64,000 nt of DNA from Squalus acanthias (taxonomy: Eukaryota): assembly GCA_030390025.1 (NCBI GenBank), contig CM059432.1:25050001-25114000 (forward strand). Direction: 5' to 3'. Below are positions 23,876 through 36,966 of this stretch, one piece after another. A program made the translations under genes and the position numbers. Positions within the stretch are counted from its first letter, which is position 1. Every line of letters starts with the position of its first letter. Below the pieces are notes generated by a model. The model was given only the letters and a program-made list of their open reading frames with translations, had not been told where the DNA came from and did no database searches.

Positions 23876-24637
23876 ACCTAGACCAAGTGGATAGCCTTTA
23901 TTTGTGAGCCTACGTAGTGAGTGTTGTCAAACCATTTCACCTTGTAGGGTTGGTAAGATCGGTCTGATTCTATCCTCACCTATTGTCTGCAGATGAATGC
24001 TTGCCAACAGAAGTGATGGATAGCGATCAGGGGCTGGGACACTGGCTCATGTTTCTCTCCCTAATTCAGCCGTGCTAATTAATTGAAACATTTTTAATAG
24101 TTGCTCTCACCTGAGCAAATGAAGTCAGAAAGAAGCAGGCATGTGAATTATTTTAAAGTGAAAAAATAGTGGCAGTTGCAATAAGTAGGATATGCGTTTA
24201 AAAAAAGTGAAATTGAAGTTTTTTAAAAATGGAGAAGAGGGAAGAAATGAGAACTAAAGGAAAGAAGAGACAACAGACTGGACATAAGCAAAACCTTGTA
24301 AAATTCTACTTTAGGTGTTTACGTTGGTAGTTTAGGATTAATATTACAATGGCAAAGCCATTTCTGAAGTTTGAGTAGCTTTATTCCTGTAATATTAATA
24401 TTCATTTCAATGTTGTACTGAAATGAAACAAAAGCAGTTGGCCCAGGGCACAAGCGTTTCCTTGAACTGTGGGCAGTCAGAAAGTTAAAATCAGGCTTCT
24501 GATGCAGCCATTTTGAAAGCCCGGTTATCAGTGAGAAACAGATGAAACTCATTGGGAGTAATTTTGAATTTGGGTGATAGTGTAAAATAGACGATATTGG
24601 ATCAGCCGCCCGTTATACAACACTCCCGATTTTCATT

Positions 24638-24762
24638 TAGAAAATAGAAACATAGAAAAATAGGATCAGGAGTAGGCCATTCGGCCCTTCGAGCCTGCTC
24701 CGCCATTCAATATGATCATGGCAGATCCTCTATCTCAATACCATATTCCCGCTCTCTCCCCA
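24638..24762 (-). mobile_element. Short CR1 3' UTR insertion
   Basis: Reverse complement of the CR1 3' UTR and TTTCTATG tail. Confidence 0.85.
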
Positions 24763-24896
24763 TTAGATTCAAATCATTGGAACTGAAAACCGGGCGAGAT
24801 GTATAATAGAAACATAGAAGATAGGAGCAGGAGTAGGCCATTCGGCCCCTCGAGCCTGCTCCGCCATTCGATGAGATCATGGCTGATCATCCAAAC

Positions 24897-26239
24897 TCAG
24901 TACCCTGTCCCTGCCTTCTCCCCATATCCCTTGATACCTTTAGCCTTAAGAAATATATCAAACTCCTTCTTGAATATATTTACTGACTTGGCCTCAACTG
25001 CCTTCTGTGGTAGAGAATTCCACAGGTTCACCACTCTCTGGGTGAAGAAATTCCTCCTCATCTCTGTCCTAAATGGCTTACCCCTTATGTTTAGACTGTG
25101 ACCTCTTGTTCTGGACTCCCCCGCCATCGGGAACATCCTTCCTGCATCCAGTCTGTCTAGCCCTGTTAGAATTTTATAAGTTTCAATGAGATCTCCTCTC
25201 ATTCTTCTAAACTCCAGCGAGTATAAGCCTAATCGACCCAATCTCTTCTCGTACATCATTCCTGCCATCCCAGGTATCAGTCTGGTGAATCTTCGCTGCA
25301 CACCCTCCATGGCAAGAACATCCTTCCTCAGATAAAGCGACCAAAACTGCACACAATACTCAAGGTGTGGTCTCACCAAGGCCCTGTACAGCTGCAGCAA
25401 GACATCCTTGTTCCTGTACTCAAACCCTCTCACCACAAAGGCCAACATACCATTTGCCTTCTTAACCGCCTGCTGTACCTGCATGCTTACCTTCAGCGAC
25501 TGGTGCACAAGGACACCCAGGTCTCGTTGCACTTCCCCTTCTCCCAATATATTGCCGTTCAGATAATAATCTGCCTTTCTGTTTTTGCCACCAAAGTGGA
25601 TAACCTCGCATTTATCCACATTATACTGCGTCTGCCATGCTTCTGCCCAATCACCCAACCTGTCCAAATCATACTGGAGTTTCTCGGCATCCTCCTCGCA
25701 GCACACACGCCCACCCAGCTTTGTGTCATCTGCAAACTTGGAGATTTACATCTCGTTCCCTCGTCTAGATCATTAATATATATAGTGAATAGCTGGGGTC
25801 CTAGGACCGATCCCTGCGGAACCACACTAGTCACTGCCTGCCACTCGGAAAAAGACCCGTTTATTCCAACTCTTTGCTTCCTGTCTGCCAACCAGTTCTC
25901 TATCCAAGTCAGTACCTTGCCCCCAATCCCATGTGCCTTAACTTTACACGCTAATCTCTTATGCGGGACCTTATCGAAAGCCTTCTGAAAGTCCAAATAC
26001 ACCACATCCACTGGTTCTCCCTTATCTATTCTATCAGTTACATCCTCAAAAAATTCCAGTAGATTAGTCAAGCACAATTTACATTTTGTAAATCCATGTT
26101 GACTTTGTCCAATCCTGTCACTGTTTTCCAAGTGCTCTACTATTACATCTTTTATAATGGACTCTAGCATTTTCCCCAGAACCGATGTCAGGCTTTCCGG
26201 TCTATAATTCCCCGTTTTTTCTCTACCACCTTTTTTGAA
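24897..26239 (-). pseudogene. CR1 ORF2 reverse transcriptase, frameshifted
   Basis: ORFs 25559-26170 and 24897-25706. Confidence 0.93.
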
Positions 26240-26327
26240 TGATGTGGAGATGCCGGCATTGGACTGGGGTGGACAAAAATGAGAAGTCGCATAACACCAG
26301 GTTGTAGTCCAACAGATTTATTTAAAA

Positions 26328-26364
26328 TTACAAGCTTTCGGAGCTGTCGCCCCTTCCTCAGGTA
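26328..26364 (-). ncRNA. Minimal type-I hammerhead ribozyme motif in the PLE 3' UTR
   Basis: Minus strand TAC-CTGAGGA-AGGGGC-GACA-GCTCC-GAAA-GCTT-GTA: intact core boxes, 5-bp stem II, palindromic AAGCTT in place of stem III. Confidence 0.72.
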
Positions 26365-27434
26365 GAGTTACTGTGAGACAATCTACCAGAATTCACAGAA
26401 TATAAACATAGAGAAAATGCAGAGATTCAATCTATCCCTACATCAAAGACATACTAAGAGCACAGCCAAGACAATGAGATGTGTCCCAGGGGGTCCAACG
26501 TGTCAAAACACCTGCTGGCTGCATATCCTCTCCATTTGGGTTTGTTTCTTGTGTTTGTCTCTTGTGTTTGTTTTTTTAAAAAGCTGGAAAGACCGGCAAC
26601 GATGTCAAGTCACGTTCTGTAGCGTGACATGAACCCGATATCCCGATTGAGGCCGTCCTCATGAGTGCAGAACTTGGCTATCAGTTTCTGCTCGATGATT
26701 TTGCGTTGTCGTGTATCCCAAAGGCCGCCTTGGAGAACGCTAACCCGCAGATCTGAGGCTGAATGCCCTTGACAGCTGAAGTGTTCCCCGACTGGGAGGC
26801 AACCCTCCTGCCTGGCGATTGTTGCGCGGTGTCCGTACATACATTGTCTCAGTGTCTGCATGGTCTCGCCGATGTACCATGCTCTGGGGCATCCTTTACT
26901 GCAACGTATCAGGTAGACAACGTTGGCCGAGTCACATGAGTATGTACCATGTACCTGGTGGGTAGTGTCCTCACGTGTGATGACGGTATCTGTGTCCATG
27001 ATCTGGCATGTCTTGCAGAGGTTGCCGTGGCAGGGTTGTGTGGTGTCGTGGTCGCTGTTCTCCTGAAAGCTGGGTAATTTGCTGCGAACGATGGTACTTT
27101 TGAGGTTAGGCGGCTGCTTGAAGGCGAGTAGTGGAGGCGTGGGGATGGCCTTAGCAAGGTGTTCATCGTCATCGATGACATGTTGAAGGCTGCGAAGAAC
27201 ATGGCGTAGTTTCTCCGCTCCGGGGACGTACTGGACGACGTAGGGTACACTGTTGGTTGTGTCCCGTGTTCGTCTTCTGAGGAGGTCTATGCGGTTTTTC
27301 GCTGTGGCCCGTCGGAACTGTCGATCGACGAGTCGAGCGTCATATCCCGTTCTTACGAGGGCGTCTTTCAGTGTCCGTAGGTGTCCATCGCGTTCCTTCT
27401 CGTCTGAGCAGATCCTATGTATTCGCAGAGCTTG

Positions 27435-28327
27435 GCAGGAAAAATCAGAGAGCAAGTTATTATCTTAATGGCGAGAAACTGGAAAGTACTGCAGTACAAA
27501 GGGATCTGGGGGTCTTGGTGCAAGAAAATCAAAAAGTTAGTATGCAGGTGCAGCAGGTGATCAAGAAAGCCAATGGAATGTTGGCTTTTATTGCGAGGGG
27601 GATAGAATATAAAAACAGGGAGGTATTGCTGCAGTTGTATAGGGTATTGGTGAGACCGCACCTGGAGTACTGCATACAGTTTTGGTGTCCATACTTAAGA
27701 AAAGACATACTTGCTCTCGAGGCAGTACAAAGAAGGTTCACTCGGTTAATTCTGGGGATGAGGGGGTGGACATACGAGGAGAGGTTGAGTAGATTGGGAC
27801 TCTACTCATTGGAGTTCAGAAGAATGAGAGGCGATCTTATTGAAACATATAAGATTGTGAAGGGGCTTGATCGGGTGGACGCGGTGAGGATGTTCCCAAT
27901 GATGGGTGAAACTAGAACTAGGGGACACAATCTTAGAATAAGGGGCTCCTCTTTCAAAACTGAGATGAGGAGAAACTTTTTCACTCAGAGGGTAGTGGGT
28001 CTGTGGGATTTGCTACCCCAGGAAGCTGTGGAAGCTACTTCATTAAATAAATTTAAAACAGAAATAGACCGTTTCCTAGAAGTAAAGGGAATCAGGGGTT
28101 ACAGGGAGCGGGCTGGAAATTGGACATGAGTTTGAGTTCGGATCGGTCAAGGCCCTGCGGGTGGCGGAGCGGGCCCAGGGGCCGAGTGGCCTGGTCCTGC
28201 TCCTACTTCTTGTGTTCTTTAGAGTTGAGGTTGGATCAGATCAGCCATGATCTCATTGAATGGCGGAGCAGGCTCGAGGGGCCGATTGGTCTACTCCTGC
28301 TCCTATTTCTTATGTTCTTATGTTCTT
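27435..28327 (+). mobile_element. 5'-truncated CR1 inserted in the PLE, with two tandem 3' UTRs
   Basis: RT C-terminus in ORF 27371-28129; 3' UTR-like blocks at ~28130-28220 and ~28222-28327. Confidence 0.9.
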
Positions 28328-28548
28328 ATAGGGGATGGCTTCTTTAACGTGGTTAGGGTGGAAGCTGGAGAAGTGGAGCATCGTGAGGTTGTCCGTGGGC
28401 TTGCGGTAGAGTGAAGTGCTGAGGCGTCCGTCTTTGATGGAGATTCGTGTGTCCAAGAATGAAACCGATTCTGAGGAGTAGTCCATGGTGAGTTTGATGG
28501 TGGGATGGAACCTGTTGATGCTATCGTGTAGTCCTTTCAGTGATCCTT

Positions 28549-30010
28549 CACCTTTTTTGAACAGTGGGGTAACATTCGCTCCCCTCCAATCCATGGGAAC
28601 TGTTCCAGAGTTTATAGAATTTTGGAAGATGACCAACAATGCATCTACTATTTCTAGGGCCACTTCCTTAAGTACCCTAGGATGTAGATTATCAGGCCCT
28701 GGGGATTTATCGGCCTTTAATGCCGTCAATTTCCCTAACACCATTTCCCTACAAATACTGATTTCATTCAGTTCCTCCCTCTCATTAGACCCTATGTTCC
28801 CTGACATCTCTGGGAGGTTATTTGTGTTCTCCTTTGTGAAGACAGAGCCAAAGTATTTATTTAATCGGTCTGCCATTTCTTTGTTCCCCATTATAAATTC
28901 CCCTGATTCTGATTGCAGGGGACCTACATTTGACTTCAACAATCTTTTTCTCTTCACATATTTATAAAAGATTTTACAGTCAGTTTTTATGTTCCCTGCA
29001 GGCTTATGCTCGTACTCTATTTTCCCCCTCTTAATTAATCCCTTTGTCCTCCTTTGCTGAATCCTAAACTGCTTCCTATCCTCAGGTTTGCTGCTTTTTC
29101 TGGCCAATTTATATGCCCTCTCCTTGGATCTTATGCTATCCCTGATTTCCCTTGTCAGCCATGGTTGAGTCACCTTTTTTGTTTTATTTTTATGCCAGAC
29201 AGGGATGAACAAATTCTGTAGTTCATCCATGCGATCTATGAATGTTTGCCATTGCCTATCCACCATCAACCCTTTGAGTAACATTCCCCAATCTATCCTA
29301 CCCAACTCGCACCTCATACCATCGTAGTTTCCTTTATTTAAATTCAGGACCCTAGTCTCTGAGTCAACTATTTCATTCTCCATCTTAATGAAGAATTCTA
29401 TCATATTATGATCGCTCCACCCCAAGGGGCCCCGCACAACAAGATTGCTACTTAATCCTTTCTCGTTACATAATACCCAGTCTAAGATGGCCTGGTCTCT
29501 AGTTGGTTCCTCGACATATTGGTCCAGGAACCCATCCCGTATACACTCCAGGAATTCCTCCTCCACAGTATTGTTACTAATTTGGTTAGCCCAATCTATA
29601 TGTAGATTAAAGTCACCCATGATAACTGCTGTGCCCTTATTGCACGCATCTCTAATTTCCTGTTTAATGCCATCTCCAACCTCTGCATTACTGTTTGGGG
29701 GTCTGTATACCACTCCCACTAACGTTTTCTGCCCCTTGGTATTTCTCAGTTCTACCCATACGGATTCCACATCATCAGAGCTAATATCCTTCCTTACAAT
29801 TGTGTTAATCCCCTCTTTAACCAGCAATGCTACCCCACCTCCTTTTCCTTTTTGCCTGTCTTTCCTGAATATTGAATACCCCTGGATGTTGAATTACCTT
29901 GTTCACCCTGGAGCCATGTCTCCGTAATCCCAATCATATCGTATCAGTTTACTTCTATTAGCGCAGCTAATTCATCCACCTTATTACGAATGCTCCTCGC
30001 ATTAAGACAT
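28549..30010 (-). pseudogene. CR1 ORF2 APE endonuclease plus linker
   Basis: LNARSI, ITETW, GGGVA, VYRPP, MGDFN, SDH motifs; a stop and a small frameshifting deletion near 29890-29950. Confidence 0.9.
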
Positions 30011-30197
30011 AAAGCCTTCAGGCTTGTTTTCTTAACACTCTTAGACCTTTTAGAATTATTATTTACTGTGGCCATGTTTGATTTAAACCCTTGATTTCTC
30101 TGACTGTCACCTTTGCTTTTCTCCTTCCTGTCTTTTGCTTCTATCCTTGTTTCCCTTTCCTCTGTCTCCCTGCTCAGGTTCCCAACCCCCTGCCATT

Positions 30198-31148
30198 TTA
30201 GTTTAAACCCTCCCCCAGAGCACTAGCAAACACTCCCCCTAGGACATCGGTCCCAGCCTTGCCCAGGTGCAAACCGTCCAGTTTGTATTGGTCCCACCTC
30301 CCCCAGAACCGGTTCCAATGTCCCAGGAATTTGAATCCCTCCCCCTTGCACCATTCCTCTAGCCACATATTCATTTGAAATATCCTTCTATTTCTACTCT
30401 GACTAGCACGTGGCACTGGTAGCAATCCTGAGATTACTACCTTTGAGGTCCTATTTTTTAATTTACCTCCTAACTCCCTATATTCTGCTTTTAGGACCTC
30501 ATCCCATTTTTTACCTATATCGTTGGTACCTATATGCACCATGACAACTGGCTGTTCACCCTCCCCCTCCAAAATGCTCTGTAGCCGCTCCGAGACATCC
30601 TTGACCCTTGCACCAGGGAGGAAACATACCATCCTGGAGTCTCGTTTGCAGCCGCAGAAATGCCTATCTATTCCCCTTACAATAGAATCCCCTATCACTA
30701 TAGCTCTCCCACTCTTTTTCCTCCCATCCTGTGCAGCAGAACCACCCACGGTGCCAGGAAGTTGGCTGCTGCTGTCTTACCCTGATAAGCCATCTCCCTC
30801 AACAACATCCAAAGCAGTATATCTGTTTGAGAGGGGGATGGTCACAGGGGACCCCTGCACTACCTGCCTGCACCTCCTACTCTGCCTGGTGGTCACCCAT
30901 TCCCTTCCTGCCTGTACAGCCTTTACCTGTGGTGTGACCAACTCCCTAAACGTGCTATCCACGATGTCATCAGCATCGCAAATGCTCCAGTATGTATCCA
31001 TCCACAGCTCCAGTGCCACAATGCGGTCTGTCAGTAGCTGCAGCTGGATACATTTCCCGCACACATGGTCAACAGGGACGCAGGAAGTGTCCCTGATTTC
31101 CCACATAGCGCAGGAGGAGCATACCACGGGGCCGGGCTGTCCTGCCAT
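30198..31148 (-). pseudogene. CR1 ORF1p (N-terminal Cys-rich zinc finger plus SGNH esterase domain), one in-frame stop
   Basis: ORFs 30777-31148 (CSSC...CGKC) and 30198-30749 (IGDS, PGA, GTNDI, DGLH) lie in one frame, separated by a single TAA. Confidence 0.9.
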
Positions 31149-34100
31149 GACTTACCCTTTAATTAATTCAAATTAAATTAAATGAATCCCACCAATTACA
31201 CTGCAATTAAATGATATACTCAAGGGCCCTTGCTTAACAGTAGTCCCCGCTACACAACAGAGACCTTAGAAACCACAAAATTTACGTTTAGAAAAATTGA
31301 GAAAGAAATACTCACCAACCAATCACTTACCTGCTTTTTGGTGACGTCACACTTCGATTACTTTTTGCTTCCCTCTCCCGGAACCTGGATTGGTAAGCCT
31401 ACCTGCCTCAGGCTCGCCTTTTGTACCTGCCGCCGCCTCGCCGCTCCCTCGCAGGTCCGCTCGCCGCCGCTGCCGCCGCTGCTCTGGGCAGCACATTAAA
31501 TATCGGCCATTTTATACTATCGACCAAAGTTAAAATTACCCCCAATAATTTCAAAGGTGAAAGACCACAGAAGGGGACAATTCTTCAGCAACCCGGATAA
31601 GCAATTCCACCAAAATGAATTATTTGGTCATAAGCGCTTTAAGATTTAAAAGCTACAGTTCCTCCATCTAGTCTCCTAATTTCCTTAAATTTTGTTGAAT
31701 ATCTGTTATTTGTTTCCTCATTAATTTTTAACCACGACATTATATTCTGTATAAATAGCCTTGCCTAATCCTGTCCTCATGCAATGTCGACACTTATACT
31801 TTCAAACAGGATTGCTGGTTAGCAATCAGAAGTAGAAACACTGAATGACTTCCCCATCCCTAATCAAGGGAAGCTGAGCCCAGTTGCAGACCCACTTCCC
31901 ATCACCACCACCAGCTGAGATCAGCTGAGTCAGACGGACTGGAGATGTATCATTCATCCTACGTCAAAGGAGAGTAGATAGGTAAATGTCCCAGGGCTAA
32001 CTGTTATTTATTAGTCCTGTTTCCAATGCTGGTATGTAATTGTGTGCACCAAACCCCGCAAACAGCTGTTTACATATTGTAACAGAAGACTATGCTGTCT
32101 TAAGGGCTTGTCTGAAGTTGCTGGGAGGATCAGGCTCCTTTGAACAATCATCCTAGTGTTATGTGTTGAAAGCTACTAATTGTGCTATGCGGTATCTGTC
32201 AATATCTTCCCTTCTGTGCATCATGTATTTGTAAATAATTTAAATCAGTAGATTTAAGTGGATCTAGTGTATGATATTTTTCATCTTCCGGATTGACAAG
32301 AGCCATAGTAGCAATAAAATGTAAGTTCCAGTGTGCAGTATTATGGCTAAATAGGATAATTGTTAACCCTGAGCTATGATAACTCAGTATAGTAAAGAGT
32401 CAATAACACAGCCTTCAGTGATAAAGGATTCAGACTGCTAGCAGAAATGGTTATGGCCATTTGTACCAGAAAATAGTGTTAGAAAAAGCCCAAACTATAA
32501 CATAAATGTATCTCAAAATTGCCTTCCCTGCCCCAGTATCCCTTATTTATAAATATTACAGTATTTACTTTTCCCCTGTGTTATCAAGTTTTTCAACAGA
32601 TTTGTATTTCTCAATGCTATTTTACTCTCTATTTGCCTATAAAGCACTGGGTATTGATATTAATCTTCTGAATCTACAAAGTATCTATTTCATTTTTGTA
32701 AAATACTCTATTCTTATATACATATATTCGTAGGATTAGGATTTGATTTAATCTCATATGCTTAAAGGCTTTGGTTTCTTTTTTGAGTTATAAATAGCTT
32801 GTAGATTTGTGCTGTAGCTAGAAATAATGAAATGGTTAAGTTGTTCATTCCCAGGATGCTTTAGGGTTTAATGCATCAGTGCACAAGTTAGCTGATTGTG
32901 CTGTTTATTTGTTTGCTGAGGTACAGGATGCGTTAATTTGTGCCTGTTGACTAAGTTTTGTCAATATTTTGTGAAACGATAGTATTGAGATAGGAAATGG
33001 GACAATGGGACTAACATGATTATTTACATGTTTATTGATAAACAAGATTGGCCATCTGGAGTTTGTGAGGAACTACCTCATTTCTGGGGGTCTTGTTCAC
33101 AATAACACTATCATGCCATAATGAATCATCTAGGACAGTATGCATGATTAGATGGCTATAAAGATCCTGGCCTAGAAATTTGTCATGGGCGGTGGCGTAA
33201 AACAGGCGGTATCGGATCGGCCACCCGTTATATGCAGCACATGATATTCAGTTCCATCGACTGCACAATAGAATGAGCTTTATGCAGCATCTTTTATCTT
33301 AATTAACACAAAATGAACCAAAAATGGTCTAACATATTTTCATGCCTTTACTGTTATATTCTACAACAAGGAATAGGCTGCATAAGCTCGTGAACTAATA
33401 TCTCCCCTTATAGAGATCCCTTGTCTGATATCATTCAAAGTTAAGGAAATTAAAATACCAATAGTTATTGCCTCACATTTTTAGAATTCATTCTAGAATT
33501 TTTTTTCAGGTTCAGCATCGCAGAGGCTGAGACCTGACCCAATATGACTCAGTGTGTGCCTTTACCTGCCCAATATCAGGGTCATTTATAGTCAGCCTAG
33601 GGATCGAACGGGAAACCTTTGTTTTGTATTTCAGCTTAATGGTTATATTATGTGCGCTCAGCTGATTTCCTCAACTTTGGAAGGCAGTAGAATAAATAAT
33701 TCACTAAACTATACTTTAGGCTATCAAACACATTTACTAAACAGTAAATGGATAAATAAACAGGAGCAATGGCTTATTGTAGATTTACAGTAGTTACATG
33801 GCAGTTTATTGCTGACTGTCCACCAAGTCTCTGTCTCTGCCAATCTATCTCTATCTGTTGGCTTCAGATGGACTACCCAATTTGAACAAGGCAGGTTTAG
33901 AAATACTTTTCAAATAAATGACAAAGTGAATTTAAGCATGTGTTTCTGAACACAAAAAGAGCTGCCAACAAAACATACATACAAATAAAACACTCAAGAT
34001 GCTTGTATTTGAATAAAATTGTTTGGCTCCTTGCTTGGACACCTGGCCAGGCATAATTGCTGTAGACTAGACTTATGCCTGCTTGACTGTTTTGGTACTG

Positions 34101-35029
34101 ATCCAAGCAAAGTTCCCAGAGTCAGATTTATTTTACATCTTATGTTAGCATTACCTGATCCTCCATGGCATTGTTCATGGGTAGTCTGAGATTCTGAGCA
34201 TGGTTGTGATGTTTAGCTGCTAAGGTGTAGCAAGACTTTTAATATATTATGGATAAATAGATAGATACATGCTAATAGATAAATACAGTTTAGCTTGTCA
34301 ATATTATAATGATCCCTTTCAATTACTCACTTACAGATTGTTACGTCCTCTATTCTTAACACCTCAGTTCTATTATTGTGGGGGTGATTTTAATGCTACC
34401 CAGCCAGCAGACAGGGGTACAGTTAAAATCAGCCAGGTCATTTACCTGCTCTCATAACGTACAGCTCCCAAATATTGGAATTTTTATGCAGGCTTCTGGA
34501 TGAACAGCTTTGCTGCCTGCCCAAAGCTGACAGGGTCCTTCTTTAAATACACACTTCCCTGTGGATCCCCTGCAGTGATGTCCTGAAGCTATGATGATTG
34601 GCCTTCCATAATGACAACCATCTTCCTTTGTTTCAGATATGACTCCAGCCACTGGAAGGTTTTCCCTTTGGCCCCATCGACTTCAGTCTTGCTAGGACAA
34701 GACTGGTGCCTTAATCAGCTGAATGCTGTTACTGTTGAATTTCAAATGTGTGAAATGAAAGAGTTCAATGCATAGAACCCTCTATGACTTCTTGTAACCA
34801 CAATCCCAGTACCAACAAGATATTTATCCATCTCTTCTATATTTGGCTAATTAACTTAATCTCAAAAGTTCTCAGGCTGGAAGATTGCACTGGAATATTT
34901 CATTTTGGATACATTTTGATTCCAATACAGAAACTGGGATGTGAAGATGAATGAATCATAAATTACCTTTGGAGACCAGGGAATATTTATACAGAACTTT
35001 TCTCAATAGGTTAAATGGGCGATAGAGTA

Positions 35030-35195
35030 GATAGATAGATAGATGTTTTGTTAGGTAAGGGTATCAAGGGATATGGAGCAAAGGCAGAAAAATGGAGTTG
35101 AGGTACAGATCAGCCATGATCTATTTCAATGGTGGGTCAGGGCAGAGGGGCTGATTGACCTACTCCTGTTCCTAATGTTTTGTATGTTTCTAGAT
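35030..35195 (+). mobile_element. CR1 3' UTR fragment
   Basis: AAGGGTATCAAGGGATATGG...GATCAGCCATGATC...CCTACTCCTGTTCC. Confidence 0.75.
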
Positions 35196-35425
35196 TTTAC
35201 AAGGTCTGTTGAAGGAGCGAGCTTGATGGGCTAAATTATTTTTCTTCATCCATTTTTTCTTACATTCCAACCCAAGCAGCATCACATAGACTATATCTAA
35301 AATTGCTAAACAGGAGTCCAGCCTATTTCTCTAGTTAATAGATCAATTTTCACTGGTACAGGATGGAGGATACGAAACGTGGAATTGGCATTGAGTCAGA
35401 ATTGACATTGAACTCAGAAATTATT

Positions 35426-36966
35426 GGGGGGAAATTCAGTAGCTTAGCGCCTCCCATTAACACCTGCAGATGGCGGTAATGAGGCGCTGATGCAGTGGCG
35501 CAGGGGTGAGGCAAATCCAGCGCTGCAGGGCAAATCCAGCACCCACCCCCCGCCGCCCCCCATTGCACCACCGGTATGAGGTACCACCAAGGACTTCACC
35601 GCCAGGCAGATCGTGACATCAGTGAATGTGCAACACTCACTGGGCTCCCGATCTGGAAAATTCATTGTCGCCACTTATCTTAGCGCCTCGACCAGACAGC
35701 GACAGGGAAAGCTGGCGTGCAGCTGCAGGAAGCTGACTCCAGCGACGTTATTTAAAGGCATCAGCATTCATCAATTGCAGCTGTCAGGGCAGGTTAGTTT
35801 CAGTGGTTTCTTGTCAGTTTCACCCAGTGGAACAGTTTGTATGAGTAATTTCAAACTTCTTTTGTATCAGCAGTCTACTGGCAAGTGCAAAGTAGCTAAA
35901 TTTATTGTTCAAAGATTCAAATTGCTACACTTGGAAACATTAATGGGGGCTGCATTGGCATGCCACCTCGCCCTCCAGGATCTATGGTGGAGGGAGTGTA
36001 AGCAGTGAGAAATATGGGAACATGTGTGCAGAGGGATGAAGAGGGACATCAGGCTTTCACCAGGAGGCCTTACCCTCCGAGGGTATTCCGACAGCACTTC
36101 TCCTACCTTCAATTAAGCGAGGAGCAGTGTATTAGATGGCTCTGCATCACCAAGGTGGTGGTCACAGAACTCTGCCACCTCCTCCAAACAGACCTCCAGC
36201 CTCACACCAGGATGACTTAAACCCCAGATCCCTTTTGCTCACCACATGCCCACCATACAATCCCTGTGTCAAATCATATCATAGCGTCCTCCTGGGCGCA
36301 AAGGTGAAATAAGAGAGACCACAAAATATTGCAAACTCCATTAATAAATTTATGCATAAACATATCACACATATCACATTCATTCTAATAACTAATGACC
36401 CTTGTGCCTGCCATAATTGAATAGCTGTCATTGTGCGCAAGGCGTGAGGTGTGGGTGTGAGTGTTGGTAGGTAGAGATTGTTGGTGGGCGAGCGCAGCGG
36501 GTGTGGTGCTTTGGGCAGTGTGGGAAGCTTATGGTACAGATGGTGGTATGTAGCATTAGTTGAAGCATTGAATCACCCTGGCCACCCGACTGAGGTGGAT
36601 CTGCCATGAGCACTACTGCTTCAGTCCTCCGGCTCCTTTTCCTTGTTGTGCTTCTCCTTGCTGAGGCAGCTGCACAGCCAGCAATGCTGAGAATGAGGTG
36701 CTGCAGTATCAATGAACCTCCCCTTTAAGTACTGGGAAAAGCCTGTGGCAATGATGAGTTGAGATTGGACTGCACCCAATATTGGTCCACCCTTTCAGTG
36801 TAACGCCACTGAGCTAGGCGTTTAAGACTTGATTTAGGGCCCCGATCATTTCTTTGAGCAGTGAGAATTAATTTTGCATGCAATCTAAAGCATGAGCACC
36901 TGGTGTTAATTCTCAAACTTTTCTAAAGATACCGCCCATTCCTGGGCTATAATGAATTTCTAGCCC
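35426..36966 (+). mobile_element. Internally deleted Harbinger element
   Basis: TIR GGGGGGAAATTCA / TGAATTTCTAGCCC; transposase N-terminal stub RRPYPPRVFRQHFSYLQLSEEQC...ELCHLLQ (35943-36220) homologous to ~20760-20920. Confidence 0.82.

Larger units (their letters stand above)
26240..28548 (-). mobile_element. 5'-truncated Penelope-like element (RT C-terminus, GIY-YIG endonuclease, 3' UTR)
   Basis: NVVYLIRC...WYIGET in ORF 26610-27455; SFLD/LYRKPT in 28327-28548; TSD CACCTTTTTTGAA (26227-26239, 28549-28561). Confidence 0.93.
24807..31485 (-). mobile_element. Near full-length CR1 LINE (5' UTR, ORF1, ORF2, 3' UTR) interrupted by a PLE
   Basis: GC-rich 5' UTR 31150-31485 with TGACGTCA, ORF1 30198-31148, endonuclease ~28549-30010, RT 24897-26239, tail at 24807. 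Confidence 0.93.
24554..31543. mobile_element. Small palindromic MITE split by nested insertions (pieces 24554-24637, 24763-24806, 31486-31543)
   Basis: Left arm GGGAGTAATTTTGAATTTGGGTGATAGTGTAAAAT matches the reverse complement of the right arm ATTTTATACTATCGACCAAAGTTAAAATTACCCCC. Related half-copies at ~33170-33260 and ~58402-58490. Confidence 0.7.
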
